The notes below the pieces were generated by a model. The model saw nothing but the letters and a program-made list of their open reading frames with translations, searched no databases and was not told where the DNA came from. Below, piece after piece: positions 30,560 through 46,414 of a DNA stretch of 64,000 bases (the stretch's first letter is position 1; every line of letters starts with the position of its first letter). The DNA comes from Macrostomum lignano. Its lineage: Eukaryota. The stretch is taken from positions 63,517 to 127,516 of the forward strand of contig NIVC01002742.1 in NCBI GenBank assembly GCA_002269645.1, in the 5' to 3' direction. A program made the translations under genes and the position numbers.

Positions 30560-30834
30560 TGGTTGATAGGCTGGGTTGAGTGATTGATTGATTGATTGAT
30601 TGATAGGCTGGGTTGAGTGATTGATTGATTGATCGATTGGGTTGAGTGATTGATTGATTGGTTGGTTGATTGATTGATTGATTGATTGACTGGGTTGAGT
30701 GATTGATTGATTCATTGATTAATTGATTGATTGACTGGGTTGAGTGATTGATTGATTGATTGACTGGGTTGAGTGATTGATTGATTGATTGATTGGTTGG
30801 TTGATTGATTGATTGATTGATTGACTGGGTTGAG

Positions 30835-30869
<35 letters not shown>

Positions 30870-31125
30870 CTGGGTTGAGTGATTGATTGATTGATTGACT
30901 GGGTTGAGTGATTGATTGATTGATCGATTGGGTTGAGTGATTGATTGATTGGTTGGTTGATTGATTGATTGATTGATTGACTGGGTTGAGTGATTGATTG
31001 ATTCATTGATTAATTGATTGATTGACTGGGTTGAGTGATTGATTGATTGATTGACTGGGTTGAGTGATTGATTGATTGATTGATTGGTTGGTTGATTGAT
31101 TGATTGATTGATTGACTGGGTTGAG

Positions 31126-31160
<35 letters not shown>

Positions 31161-31228
31161 CTGGGTTGAGTGATTGATTGATTGATTGACTGGGTTGAGT
31201 GATTGATTGATTGATTGACTGGGTTGAG

Positions 31229-31259
<31 letters not shown>

Positions 31260-31298
31260 CTGGGTTGAGTGATTGATTGATTGATTGACTGGGTTGAG

Positions 31299-31331
<33 letters not shown>

Positions 31332-31400
31332 AAATGATCGATTGATCGAATGATTGATTGACTGATTGATTGATGGATTGATCTCTCAATGATGGTTACC
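30560..31400. repeat. (GATT)n array punctuated by GGGTTGAGT, right after the TRIM stop
   Basis: GATT array with a repeated higher-order block. Confidence 0.9.
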
Positions 31401-31974
31401 TGATTGATTGATTAATTGTTTGATTGAGTGATTTTCTGAATGACTGACTGACGATATTCGTTACGGACTGATCTGATCAGGCAAAGTTTCATAAGCAACG
31501 CACCGCTGTATCAATAGATTATTTTCGTTTACCTTTTTCGTTTAAATTTACCTTCGACCAGTCAGTTCAGTTCTCTCTCACCGATAAATGTGGCTCGCAA
31601 TGCTCTGATGGATCAAATCGAGTTGCTCAAGTGTTCGCATGAATTTTATTTAAACCAACTAAAAAAGTATTTTTTTCGGGGTCAAACTATAGTCAATGAT
31701 GAACTGCTAGGAAAACTGTTAGGATTTTTTACTATATATTTCTATCATGCACCTGATACTGCAGTGTCTCGCATGCTCCAGCGTGATCAACTCTTTATTC
31801 GGCCGTTAACTCCGTCTAAACACTTTTGTTTTGCCGCCGTTTTTCTATTGCTGTATATTTGCGTGCATACCTGTGTAGCTTTAGCATTCTTTTGTTGCTG
31901 GCGTGTGCCGTTCTAATTTTAACTCCTGTTCGTGTTGGCTGCAAGGTTCGGCTACATTTTCACCTGAGGTAGGC

Positions 31975-32270
31975 CTGAAGGGCATCAAAGTGGACCTGAA
32001 AGTCAGCAAAGTGGACCTGAAGGTCAGCAAAGTAGATCTGAAGGTCAGCAAAGTAGACCTGAAGGTCAGCAAAGTAGATCTGAAGGTCAGCAAAGTAGAC
32101 CTGAAGGTCAGCAAAGTAGATCTGAAGGTCAGCAAAGTAGATCTGAAGGTCAGCAAAGTAGATCTGAAGGTCAGCAAAGTAGATCTGAAGGTCAGCAAAG
32201 TAGATCTGAAGGTCAGAAAAGTAGATCTGAAGGTCAGCAAAGTAGATCTGAAGGTCAGCAATGTGGACCC
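31975..32270. repeat. 21-bp minisatellite
   Basis: AAAGTAGATCTGAAGGTCAGC, ~14 copies. Confidence 0.95.
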
Positions 32271-32937
32271 CGAGTCCTGAAGGGGGAAAAGAATGAAGCA
32301 CAAATCAAAGGTTAGGAAGCCTCAATTTCAATAGATTTTCACCGGAGAAAATTCGGCTTAGTAAATCTGCTGTAGGATTTGCATTTTTTGTAATTTTATT
32401 TAACCCTGAAATAGTTAATGCTATACGCGGGTCCGTTTAACTATGAGCAGGACTTACTCAATAGTTACGAGGTCTGACATTTTATTTGTTAGAAAGATTT
32501 TTTAATGTGTATGACCAGTATCGATATGATTAATATTAATTGGCTGTTTCTGTGTTTGCTGAGGTTTAATTATGTTTAATATAATTGCCTCAAGACATCG
32601 AGTTACGCCTGGCCGCATCTGCGCAATATGCACTTTTACTATTGTGTTAAAGTACATTTTGTACTTTTCAATATTATACTATATTAATGCTATATACACA
32701 CACAGGCGCTGTTTCTATAGCTTTGCCTACTCTGACTCAACTTTTGTGTTTGAGATTGCTATTTGTCATTTAGTGTAAAATTTATAATATACATTTCTGT
32801 TACATTTATTATTAAATGTTGCTGTGAGCACCGGAGTATAGAGGTAATATTATTTATACTCCAATAATTTGCATTTTGCTGACCCAGCTTATGTTTATTA
32901 TTTGTAATGCAGTGCTGGTAATGGCCTTGATATTGTG

Positions 32938-33690
32938 GAGTGCAGACCACTCTCAGGGGATTGTACATGTACATTTATGAGTAGAGTGCAGACCACTCTC
33001 AGGGGATTGTACATGTACATTTATGAGTAGAGTGCAGACCACTCTCAGGGGATTGTACATGTACATTTATGAGTAGAGTGCAGACCACTCTCAGAGGGTT
33101 TTACATGTACATTTATGAGTAGAGTGCAGACCACTCTCAGAGGGTTTTACATGTACATTTATGAGTAGAGTGCAGACCACTCTCAGAGGGTTTTACATGT
33201 ACATTTATGAGTAGAGTGCAGACCACTCTCAGAGGGTTTTACATGTACATTTATGAGTAGAGTGCAGACCACTCTCAGAGGGTTTTACATGTACATTTAT
33301 GAGTAGAGTGCAGACCACTCTCAGAGGGTTGTACATGTACATTTATGAGTAGAGTGCAGACCACTCTCAGAGGGTTTTACATGTACATTTATGAGTAGAG
33401 TGCAGACCACTCTCAGAGGGTTTTACATGTACATTTATGAGTAGAGTGCAGACCACTCTCAGAGGGTTTTACATGTACATTTATGAGTAGAGTGCAGACC
33501 ACTCTCAGAGGGTTGTACATGTACATTTATGAGTAGAGTGCAGACCACTCTCAGAGAGTTGTACATGTACATTTATGAGTAGAGTGCAGACCACTCTCAA
33601 AGAGTTGTACATGTACGTGTGAGTAAAGTGCAGAACACTAGAGAGTTGTACATGTACATGTGCAAGTAGAGTGCAGACCACTCTGAGAGG
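32938..33690. repeat. 46-bp minisatellite, ~16 copies
   Basis: TGCAGACCACTCTCAGAGGGTTTTACATGTACATTTATGAGTAGAG, head-to-tail with no unique spacers. Confidence 0.95.
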
Positions 33691-34675
33691 GTGACAATAC
33701 AGGTGAAGCCATCTAATATCAAGCTTGTTAATAGCAGAATATTCTACATGCAGTTTTGTGTAGTACCACACATTCACTCCTGATAAAAGCAACTGACTGA
33801 AAAACATTATACAGAAGAAAATGGCGCCAAGCAATCAATCAGTCGGACGATCCTGAATCACCAGCCGGTGCCTGCGAAGATAGCGAAGATTTACGTAGCC
33901 AGTGAGTGGTACCATGCAAGCGGGCAGGTGCTTATCATATCTCTACCAGCGTACAATACACTAACACGCCAGGGCCTGCAGAGGCAGACTTAAAAGTGCG
34001 ATTCGCGCAAACGCTGACCTTACACGCCCCCTGTTGCAAAGGCAGAGCTGGTATCGGATAGAATCTAGTTAATCTATATTCAGATATGTACGTCACCTGA
34101 CAGCGCCGAGGTGACACCCGAAAAAACAGCACAAGAGTGTTTTATAGCAGAGAATTTTGTTAGAAACTGTTAAGGCCCAACATGAACTGTGAGAGTTGTT
34201 TACTAAAGTCGGATTATTAATTAATTAGTATTAACCGAGCGAACAGGTAGACAGACAGAGACAGTAATACATAACGTAATAAATCAAACATATTGAAATT
34301 AGTGCATTAATAACTAAACAGTTTAAGTAGAAGCTTATAATAGACAGTTCAGTCGGTTGTTTCATATCCTTCATTCTTCTACTACTAAATATCGGTAGCT
34401 TAGTGAGTAGTCTGTAGCGATACTAGCATGAATTTTACTAAATATAATTTTAAAAACACAAACAGAGATGACCAAATACCGATTATTATTCCAAGCAATG
34501 AACCGGGATGTGCGATGGGGAAGGGAGGCTGGATAGATGGACACAACGGTATTGTAAATTGAAAATTAGGAACAAAAAAGCATGAAACTGATAAGAGAAA
34601 AGTTAACAAAGGCAAACAAACAAAGGGTTGGTTTCAGCTACAGTCTTGTCAGTCAAACTGCAGTTAAAGAGGCAG

Positions 34676-37600
34676 TTATTCAGCGGCAGCAGCAGACGGG
34701 GCAGCTTCTGCAGCCGCAGCTGCTGCGGTCTTCTGGCTCCACTCTGCTTTCAGGCCGTCGCCGCGCTCCTCAGCCAAGGATTTCAGCTTGGCCAGGGCCG
34801 CCTCAGCTTCGGCTCTGGTGGCGAAGTCTACCAGCAGTTCGCTGCCACCGCCGGCGCCGGGTAGCTGATGATGAAGCTGAGCTTTGGCGCCAGACTGCGA
34901 GGCCAGGGTGCGGAGCAGATCTTCCACCTGGAGGGGGGGTTTCCGGAGTTCGATAAGCGCGAACTTTCACGATGGGCTCAAAATTTCACAGTAAGCTCAA
35001 AACTTCATTATAAACTAGAAATTTCACTAAAGGCTTGAAATATTAACCTCTAATTTTATATTCATAAATTTAGCTTCACATTTCCGGATTCTCTACTCAC
35101 CAACACACTAACTAGTAGTATATACAGCGCATACTGAAGAAAAAATAGCAAACCTTATCAGCCGGTTGGCCCTGAATTCTCAAACTCTTCGACCGCTTGT
35201 CCAGCCGGGTCTGCGCGAAGTTCGGCAAGCCGCCGCCGCCACCGCCGCCTCCAGCCGTTGAGCCGCCGCCAGTACCGCCAGACGGGCCGGCTGTTGAAGA
35301 GGCCGACGATGCCGAAGCCACAGGTAGCATTGGTTTCTGCGGCAGACGGGCAGACAGCAGTTTGCGCACCTCGGCTAGCCGTTTCTTCTGTTCGGTCACG
35401 GTTTCCAGGCCCTCCTTCTGGAAGATTTCCAGCTCCAAGTCGAGCAGCTCCTTTTGCAAGTCGCGCAGGCTGGCATTGCCGGTGGCCACTACGCCTAAGC
35501 TGGCTTCAAGATCGCGAATCTGGGCATTGATTGGCTTCATGGTCTCCGCTATGGAATGCCTGGACTCTGAGTCCTTGGCCTTGGCGAACAGGTTGCCCAG
35601 CTTGGCCAGGCTCTCCTTGCAGTCCTTCAGCATGAGGATCTGCTTGGCCCGCAGCTCGCGATGCGCCTTGGCCCGCTCGAGAGCCACCTTCTGGGCCTGC
35701 GGAGACGGGCGGAGTTGGGTTGGCTTGTTGGACTGTTGTCAGTGAGTTTATTGGCTAGTTTATTAGCCATTGTCAGTGAGTTTATTGGCTAGTTTATTAG
35801 CCATTGTCAGTGAGTTTATTGGCTAGTTTATTAGCCATTGTCAGTGAGTTTATTGGCTAGTTTATTAGCCATTGTCAGTGAGTTTATTGGCTAGTTTATT
35901 AGCCATTGTCAGTGAGTTTATTGGCTAGTTTATTAGCCATTGTCAGTGAGTTTATTGGCTAGTTTATTAGCCATTGTCAGTGAGTTTATTGGCTAGTTTA
36001 TTAGCCATTGTCAGTGAGTTTATTGGCTAGTTTATTAGCCATTGTCAGTGAGTTTATTGGCTAGTTTATTAGCCATTATCAGTGAGTTTATTGGCTAGTT
36101 TGGCTAGATTAGAGACCGATTGGAACTTCAGCGCCATCCCCACGCCAGCGTTACCTGCAGGATCCGGGCGCTCTCCTGCTTTCTTTCGGCAGCCGCAGTG
36201 GCAGCGGCTTCCGCCGCTTTGGCCGCCGCCTCGGCGCTGTGCGGCGTCCACGTCAGCGACGCTCTTGACGGCGGTGCTCCGGCAGAATCGGCAGCGGCGG
36301 CCGACCCTGCATCCGTGGCGTCGCCAGACTCGCTTCCGTCGCCACCAGTTGAAGTTCGGCGAGGATTTGATTGGCGCCTGTTAGAGAAAGTAAAGTCGGT
36401 TCCTCAAAAATCAAAATTATGCAAATTACTTTAAATGATAAAAACCCAAACATTTAGGTTACATTTCGTATGCACATCGGTCCACACCATAGTCATTGAG
36501 GCTCCCCACACCATGGCCACTGAGGCTCCCGACGCCACGCTCATTGAGGCTCCATACGCCAAGATCATTGAGGCTCCATACGCTAAGATTATTGAGGCTC
36601 CATATGCTAAGGCCATTGAGGCTCCATACGCCAAGATCATTGAGGCTCCATACGCTAAGGCCATTGAGGCTCCATACGCCAAGATCATTGAGGCTCCATA
36701 CGTCAAGATCATTGAGGCTCACGAAGCCACGCTCATTGAGGCTCACGAAGCCACGCTCATTGAGGCTCTCCACGCCAAGACCATTGAGGCTCCCCACGCC
36801 AAGACCATTGAGGCTCCCCACGCCAAGACCATTGAGGCTCCCGGCACTATGGTCATGAGGCCCACGACATGGTCAGTGAGGCTTCCAACTCCATGATGAT
36901 TGAGGCTCCCTACGCCATGATCATTGACGGTCCTTACAAATGGGTCATTGAGGCTGCCCACTCCATGATTATTAAGGCTCCCCACCTACTGCTGCACCGT
37001 CGAGGCTCCCGACGCTGTGGTCATGAGGCTCCCCACGACACGCCAGCGAGGCTCCGCGCTAAGGTTATTGAGGGCTCCCATCATGAATGGCCCAATAGCC
37101 AATAAATGAGTCATAAAAAACAACAAACCTATTCTGCTGCTGCCGATTCCCCAGCCTGTCTTTAGCCGACTGCCTGGGCCCTCCGCCAGGTAGGAACAGC
37201 CGGATGAATCTATTATTAAGCACCGCCTCGGGGCTTCTATAAGCGGCAACAGCGTCGGCCGCATTAGCGAATGTAATCTTAGCAGAGTCGGGCGTGCCGC
37301 AGCCGCCAACATCAATATCAATTACTGTGCCAAATTTGCAGAAATGCTCCAACAGAGAGTCTGCATTGTTTAACGATGCTGGCACCTTGCGCAGCTCCAG
37401 TGTACAGGATTGAACTGACTGCTGCTGCTGTTGGAATGCTCGATTGCTACTGTTATTCCCGGTAGATGGTGGGTCGCTAGCGACCACGGTAACTACAGCT
37501 GATTGAGGCTGCTGCGGCGCCTGCGGCAACGGCGGCGGCGGCTGGACAATTCTTTGCGGCTGCGTTGACGTAGCTTGTGAGGCTTCATCTGCTGGCTGAG

Positions 37601-40439
37601 ACCGGGTATGTTGAGTCTGTTGCTGCTGCTGCTGGCGATTGTTATGAAGAGCCTGCTGATGCTGCTGCTGGCTAACCATTGTTGGCTGCGCGCTGATTGG
37701 CTGGCTTGGTGCCGTCACCTGATTAGCGATTAAGGAGGATAAAAAGCGACTTAGATATACCTACTGACTGATAATTTAGCAGCTTGACAGGCGTCTTGAC
37801 AACTCCACTTCAGGTGGGAGCTGCCACTCCCCCCCAGATTCTTCAGGTGGGAGCTGCCACCCCCTCCCTCCTCAGATCCTTCAGGTGGGAGCTGCCACCC
37901 CCTCCCTCCTCAGATCCTTCAGGTGGGAGCTGCCACCCCCTCCCTCCTCAGATCCTTCAGGTGGGAGCTGCCACCCCCTCCCTCCTCAGATCCTTCAGGT
38001 GGGAGCTGCCACTCCCTCCTCAGATCCTTCAGATGGGAGCTGCCACCCCCTCTCCAGATCCTTCAGGTGGGAGCTGCCACTTCCTCTCTTTCCAGATCCT
38101 TCAGGTTGGAGCTGCCACTCCCTGTCTCCCCAGACCCTTCAGGTGGGAGCTGCCACCGCCTCCCTCCTCAGATCCTTCAGGTGGGAGCTGCCACTTCCTC
38201 TATCTCCAGATCCTTCAGGTGGGAGCTGCCACCCCTCTCCTCAGATCCTTCAGGTGGGAGCTGCCACTCCCCCCCCCAGATCCTTCAGGTGGGAGCTGCC
38301 ACTCCCCCCCCCCAGATCCTTCAGGTGGGAGCTGCCACCCCCTCCCTCCTCAGATCCTTCAGGTGGGAGCTGCCACCCCCTCCCTCGTGGGAGCTGCCAC
38401 TTCCTCTCTCTCCAGATCCTTCAGGTGGGAGCTGCCACTCCCTCTCCCCAGATCCTTCAGGTGGGAGCTGCCACTCCCTCCATCAGATCCTTCAGGTGTG
38501 AGCTGCCACTTCCTCCCTCAGATCCTTCAGGTGGGAGCTGCCACTCCCTCTCTCCCCAGATCCTTCAGGTGGGAGCTGCCACTCCGTCTTCCCAGATCCT
38601 TCAGGTGGGAGCTGCCACCCCTCTCCTCAGATCCTTCAGGTGAAAGCTGCCACCCCCCTCTACAGATCCTCCAGGTGGGAGCTGCCACCCCCCTCCTCAG
38701 ATCCTTCAGGTGGGAGCTGCCACTCCCTCCCTCAGATCCTTCAGGTGGGAGCTGCCACTTCCTCTCTCTCCAGATCCTTCAGGTGAGAGCTGCCACTCCC
38801 TCTCCCCAGATCCTTCAGGTGGGAGCTGCCACTTCCTCTCTCTCCAGATCCTTCAGGTGGGAGCTGCCACTCCCTGTCTCCCCAGATCCTTCAGGTGGGA
38901 GCTGCCACTCCCTGTCTCCCCAGATCCTTCAGGTGGGAGCTGCCACTCCCTGTCTCCCCAGATCCTTCAGGTGGGAGCTGCCACTCCCTGTCTCCCCAGA
39001 TCCTTCAGGTGGGAGCTGCCACTCCCTGTCTCCCCAGATCCTTCAGGTGGGAGCTGCCACTCCCTTGCTCAGATCCTTCAGGTGGGAGCTGCCACTCCCT
39101 CCCTCAGATCCTTCAGGTGGGAGCTGCCACCCCTTGAAAACAAACTCCCATTGAGGCGATAAAAAAAGATTTTTTTGAGTATCGCACCATCATAGCACCA
39201 GTGGAAAGACCCTGGCCAGACATCATCTGATTAGGCGGCAGCTGAGACTGCGGCGGCTGCATAATTCCGGGAAAATATTTGCCATAGTTGGGATCGCCAG
39301 GCGGAAAAGTCATCGGATGGGCGCCGTGGTCGTACGGACAGGCCGCGCCCAGCATGCAGACACCTTTCTCGTCGAAATCGCGACAACGCAGACGCTGCTG
39401 CTGGTGCGTTAGCGGCGGCTGGGGCGGCAGCATCATCGGCATGGACTGTTGCGGATAGAAGCCCGGACCAGTGGACACTGGCGGCATCGGCTGAATCATC
39501 TGATGCTGCAGCGGCGGCGGCAGAGGCGGCGGCAGGAACGGCATGGGAGGCTGGCCGTGATGCTGATAGCCCTGGGCAGACACCATCGGGACCTGAGCCG
39601 GGTGCCGCTGGTGCTGCGTCAACTGCTGCAAGCCCTGGTGCTTCTGATGATGCTGCTGCCTAGTAGAAGAGGCTGCAGAAGAGTTTCCTGCCCTAGCATT
39701 GATGGTGCTTCGCAAATCTTTTGGCGGAGTCTGCTGAGCCGCGGCATGAGGCGGCCGCTGCTGCTGCTGCTGCTGCTGCTTGGCACCCGCAGACACTCGG
39801 GAAATTTTTGACTCCGACGGCTGCGACTGCTGCTTGTCATTGCTGGCGGATGCTGCAGTTTCGGAATCGCCAGATGTGGAGGCTTTGCGCTTCTGCGCTG
39901 CTGCAGGCGGCGGCTGGGGCTTCTGTTGCTGCTGCTGCTGACTGCTTGCTGCACTGACAGATGATGGAGCAGACTGAGAAGCAGTGGAGGCTGGAGTAAC
40001 ACTCGCTGGGGTTGGAGCAGGCGCAGACACCTTCAAGTAGCTCTCATCTTTGAGCACTTGAAAGAGTTTCTCCACGAATTCAAGAGTGTCTGGACAATGC
40101 AAATGGGGTGAATAAATTTAAACTCTGTTGCAATATAAATTAACTGATTATTTATAAACAAGAAATCCAACTTACTTTCTTGGAAGAAAACATCCAACTG
40201 GTCATTGCAGATACTTTTAAGCTCTTTTTCATCCTTGTCCTTTTTTAACAAAGCCAAGACATACTTGGACAAAGGATATGGATCAGCATCACATCTAAAA
40301 TTGAAAAATGAAATTTTTGCAAAGCTATATCTATATATTTACTAAAAATTATCAAAATTGAATTGAATAAAGAAACTTACATTGGCTGAATACTTGTAAT
40401 GAGCCAAGCTTTAAAGCTTTCAATGTTTGCAATATGCAT
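34676..40439 (-). CDS. RBM26: RNA-binding protein 26/27 family (PWI, CCCH finger, two RRMs, coiled coil), 7 exons, ~895 aa
   Basis: Exons 40439-40381, 40294-40176, 40089-39188, 37718-37129, 36377-36155, 35696-35154, 34927-34676; all phase-consistent. MHIANIESFKAWL...CDADPYPLSKYVLALLKK (PWI), RCRDFDEKGVCMLGAACPYDHG (CCCH), TLELRKVP...AVLNNRFIRLF (RRM). RBM26 vs RBM27 not distinguishable. Confidence 0.92.
35735..36100. repeat. 34-bp minisatellite in RBM26 intron 5
   Basis: ATTGGCTAGTTTATTAGCCATTGTCAGTGAGTTT; TGGCTA/TAGCCA stem in each unit. Confidence 0.95.
36480..37080 (+). repeat. 24-bp in-frame repeat (IEAPYAKI-like) in RBM26 intron 4; possible nested antisense ORF
   Basis: ATTGAGGCTCCATACGCCAAGATC units, ~15 without indels, then degenerate; ORFs 36435-36896 and 36869-37105. 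Confidence 0.75.
37790..39135. repeat. ~30-38-bp minisatellite in RBM26 intron 3
   Basis: CAGATCCTTCAGGTGGGAGCTGCCAC plus a variable CT linker. Confidence 0.95.
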
Positions 40440-40779
40440 TTTTATAGATTGTTTAGACTAAATGTTTTTTAAAGTAAAATATTTACTTTACTAATTTCTT
40501 TTTAAAAAAAATATTTTTTATAAGATTATTTTCAATATCTAACCATTGTTTTAAATATCTTTAATTAAAATATTAAGTGATAAGCCTTTAGAACTTAGAT
40601 TATTTTTCAACTTCTTTGCTTACTTAGAATAAATCAAACTATTAAAGTAGAGACATTTAATTGTATGTAATTTATAATTTATAGAGTAAAATTAACCTTT
40701 TTTATTATTTAAAAACTGCTAAATAGACTTTAAATTTGTATTTTGGATTTAATTAGTTGTTTGATTTTAACGAAATATT

Positions 40780-43650
40780 AGGCCTAATTTGTTATTAGTA
40801 TTAATTAAGCCTAGTTATGAAGAAGCCTTTAGCAGTTTAGGCTTTACAGAAATAATAGGCTTTGACTAAGTATAAATTATAGTAATTACAATACTAGATT
40901 CGTTTTAAAATTATTAATAGGCCTATTGAAGCCTAGGCCCTAATTTATAATCTGCAGATTACTGTCTTTACAGGGCAATTAATCTAGGCCCTCTATAGCT
41001 TAGGCCTATATTTGATAATTATTAATCAGCCTATAATTATTTATACTATTGGCCTTTGTTAGGGTATTAGACAATATAATTTATAATAATTGGTTATTTA
41101 AAGGGTGCAACCTTAGGGGCCTAAGAAGACAAAAAGGCACAATTAATAGGCCACTTATCTAACTTTGTCTGATTTCTTCAGGGAATCAGGGGACCTAATC
41201 TCTAGATATATTGATTGATTGGATAGAATATGCTTTTTAAATTGAATCTTAATAGTACTAGGCCTAGGCCTTTTATCTGTTTTAGTGAATTTTAGACAAA
41301 AGAACTGAGCCTAGGCTACTAGGCATAGGCCTATACAGTATAGGACTAGGCCTACCAGTACCAATAAGGCCTAGGAACTTAGGAATGGATTTGCAACTTG
41401 CCAACTTGGTGGGTTGGTGCTTACGCTCACTGCTAAGTGCTAATGTCTTGTCCTTGGCCTATCTAGATAATTCTAAAAGCGTTTAGCAAATTTATCAAGA
41501 AATTATATACACAGTCCACTGAGTCTATGCGTGACAGACGGGCCGACAGGTCTTTAGCCTGTAATGTAAATCATACAAGTAACAAATGTATTTTGAAAGT
41601 TTTAAATTTTCGAAAACTTTCTGTTCAGATTTCAGGATTTTTCATACGGCTAATACGATATGAAGTTGCTTTCTATATTCTAGAATTGTAACATTAACCT
41701 TAATTATTAACCTTCATGAATAGGTGCCAATGTAGCACTTAGGCCTACTACAACTGCTAAGTGATAAGCTGGGCTGTCTTTAAGGCTTGCTGATGACAGG
41801 CCACAGCTAGATAATATAAAGATTTACGTTGTTTTTATACTTATAGTACATTTCGATTTTTTTCTAAGCAAAAGTAAATAAGCAAGGATAAAATTTTGAA
41901 ATATTAAATAAAAAAGTATAGCATAAGGAACATCCTAGTTATCGTTCTAATCTGTAAACACCGGACAACTTCGTACAAAAAAGCGCAGGCTCGTGTTTAA
42001 GTTGTGGCGGGCGGTCGATTTGTGACCATCGTGACCACTTGAACATCTAGGCCTAATCTTAATGGTAGAAGCTATGCAGCGTGGGTTATGATGAATGTTG
42101 GAAACAAAGCGTAGGCATGACGTAAATCACATTACAATATTTTTATTTGTTGAGTAAGGGAAAACCAAAATATCATTTTTTAAAAAGGGATTATTCATTG
42201 TCAGTACTTGAATTTGTGCAGTGTAGTGTGTCATTTGTGTAGGGCCTAATGTATCAGACTCAGAAAATATAATGCAATCTTCTATATGACTATATTGGAT
42301 CACTTTGAAACTTTGTTTACTAACTTTACTAGGCCTATGTCTTTAATTCCAAAAAGGTAGATATTATAGTAAAGCATTGTTTAGGTATTTAGATATCAAA
42401 ATGTGGATTGTGCCGATTTTTGTTTTTTACTATGACTATGATTATGAGTAGTGTAAAGCTGCCCTGCCACCAGTGGCATAGCCAGGAATTTCAATTGGGG
42501 GGGGGGGCAGGTTGGCCTGGCTGGCCATGCCTTATGCCATTGCCACTTGGCACTATGGGCACTCATTTTGTCATTATACACACTTATTTTGGCACCACAA
42601 GCACTCATTTTGGCATTGCAGGCACTCATTTTGATGCCATAGGTAGGCACTTATTTTGGCGCCATGCTGCTGCTGCCACATTTAGGCACTAATTTGGCAC
42701 CACATGCAGGCACTTATTTTGGCACTGCAAGCACTCATTTTGGCACTGCAGGCACTCATTTTGGTGTTGTATTGTATGTACTCATTTTGGTGCCACAGGC
42801 ATTTATTTTGGCACCGCAGGCAAAGAAAAGGGAAAAGAACGTAAGACAAAGGTAGGCCTACTTGCCGCCTATGGCTTTAGCCTAATAGCTTAACAATGAT
42901 TTAACAAATAGGTCTATTTATTAGATTAAATGCTATGCTTAGTTGTTCAATTTGTTTGATCCTAGCCTACAAGGTAAGCATAGATAGAGCCTAGTTACCT
43001 AGTTTAAGATACTAATAGCATGAAAAAGTTATTAATAGCATGAAAAAGTTACTAATAGCATGAAAAAGTTACTAATAGCATGAAAAAGTTACTAATAGCA
43101 TGAAAAGTTGAACAAAATAAATAGTATAATTAGTATAATAGCTATATAAAAAATTGTAGTTTTCCCATATAAGTTTCAATGTTGACTTGGCAGTATTTTA
43201 AGAGGAGTTATAAAGCACATATACAAACAACATACTAGTTTTAGTATTAAGTATTAGTCCTAGGCCTAAATGCAAAAATAGAAAACAAGGCAAATATTTT
43301 CCCTTGGCTTTACTATAGGCCTATAGTTTTTATAGGATAAATAATTTATATATGGTAGGCCTAAATAAAACTAAAGCAAAAAAGCAAAATAAAATAAAAA
43401 TTACTAAGATAAGGCTCTTTGCAATAAAGGAAATATTCTAGCTTTAGAAATAAGTATGCTTAGGCAATAGACATAGGGATTTTGAATATAGGCCTAGCAA
43501 AAAAGTAGGAGTCTGCTTGCTAAATAATAGATCTAAGTGGTAAAATAAGAAGTCCTAGGGGCTTATCAATTAGACAATATAAGCATAGATAATAGAGTCA
43601 GTTTCATTGGTTGGACTCTCCAATGGACAAATTTTCTATTGATAAGGCCT
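40780..43650. promoter_or_regulatory. AT-rich region between divergent genes with a dense cluster of (T)AGGCCT(A) palindromes
   Basis: About 17 exact AGGCCT hexamers by hand count between the RBM26 and NUDT21 start codons. Regulatory role is inference. Confidence 0.45.
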
Positions 43651-44571
43651 TCTAGTGAAATGAAAGTCTAATAATGCAAAAAATATTATACTAGGAAAAG
43701 CATAAGTTGCGCATAGAGTGTAAAATTTAATTTTAAAATAATAAATTTAAATAGGCAATGATAGCCTTACTACTAATATTGTAATGACAAATAAAATTCT
43801 AATATTGTAGTACCAGATACCTCTCCTATATATGCCCTATATCCCATAGTCAGGAAAGTAACACAGTATGTGCCAGAGAAAATTTTTTGAGAGAAGATCT
43901 GTGTGCCATTTGTGCACCATAGTTTGTATTGTATATTAGTGTATGCCAAGGGTTTAATGCTGGAAAAAATAACAAAACCTTGTTTCTGGTATCATGGTGC
44001 ACTGAATGACCTTTTTTGACCCTATGTTCTGTCAGTGGCATGCATTAAAAATGTCATGTAACTTGCAACAACTGTGGCCCCTTGGCACATTTTTGCTTGA
44101 CCCTTGGCATGCATCCACACATTTTTATGCATAAAATATTTTAGAGACTGCAGTGTGCACTATAATTATATGCCACATGCACTGGGGACCATAGTGTGCA
44201 CTGCTTTTGTGCACCAAGTATACCATGGACTTCTTTTGTGTGCCAGAATTTTCTCTGGCATAGGCCACCGTGCTGACTATGGCCTATATTCTCACCCTAT
44301 GCTATATTTCTATTAATAATTAGTATGTCATATTGGCTATAAGAAGCTTGGCATACATTGGTTGATATAAAATTTTGATAAGTTATTTTTGTTCTGTTGT
44401 ATACTTTGTATGATTTCCACTGTGGTCTATATAGCAGTCAACATGAGGTAGATTAGATAAAAAATTGTAGGATTGTATTTTGGGATCAAAGAAGTGGGAT
44501 CATGATCCCTATCTAATGTATCAAAAACACAATATTACCCAATTGTGTTTTCTTGCATGATTGCCAGCTAA

Positions 44572-46356
<1,785 letters not shown>

Positions 46357-46414
46357 TTCTCTAGCTAGTAGTTTTACTTTGTTTTATATTTTCTGTCTTT
46401 TATCAAGGAGGAAA

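Noticed and set aside
31590-31916. 108-aa ORF MARNALMDQ...
   Set aside because: AT-rich, no motif and no clear exon structure.
32938-33690. CRISPR-like array (46-bp palindrome-containing units); also 49385-49710
   Set aside because: Units are head-to-tail with no unique spacers, there are no cas genes, and the context is eukaryotic.
42471-42542. Tiny CAGTGGCATA...TATGCCATTG hAT-like MITE
   Set aside because: The TIR is imperfect and there is no 8-bp TSD; too weak to call.
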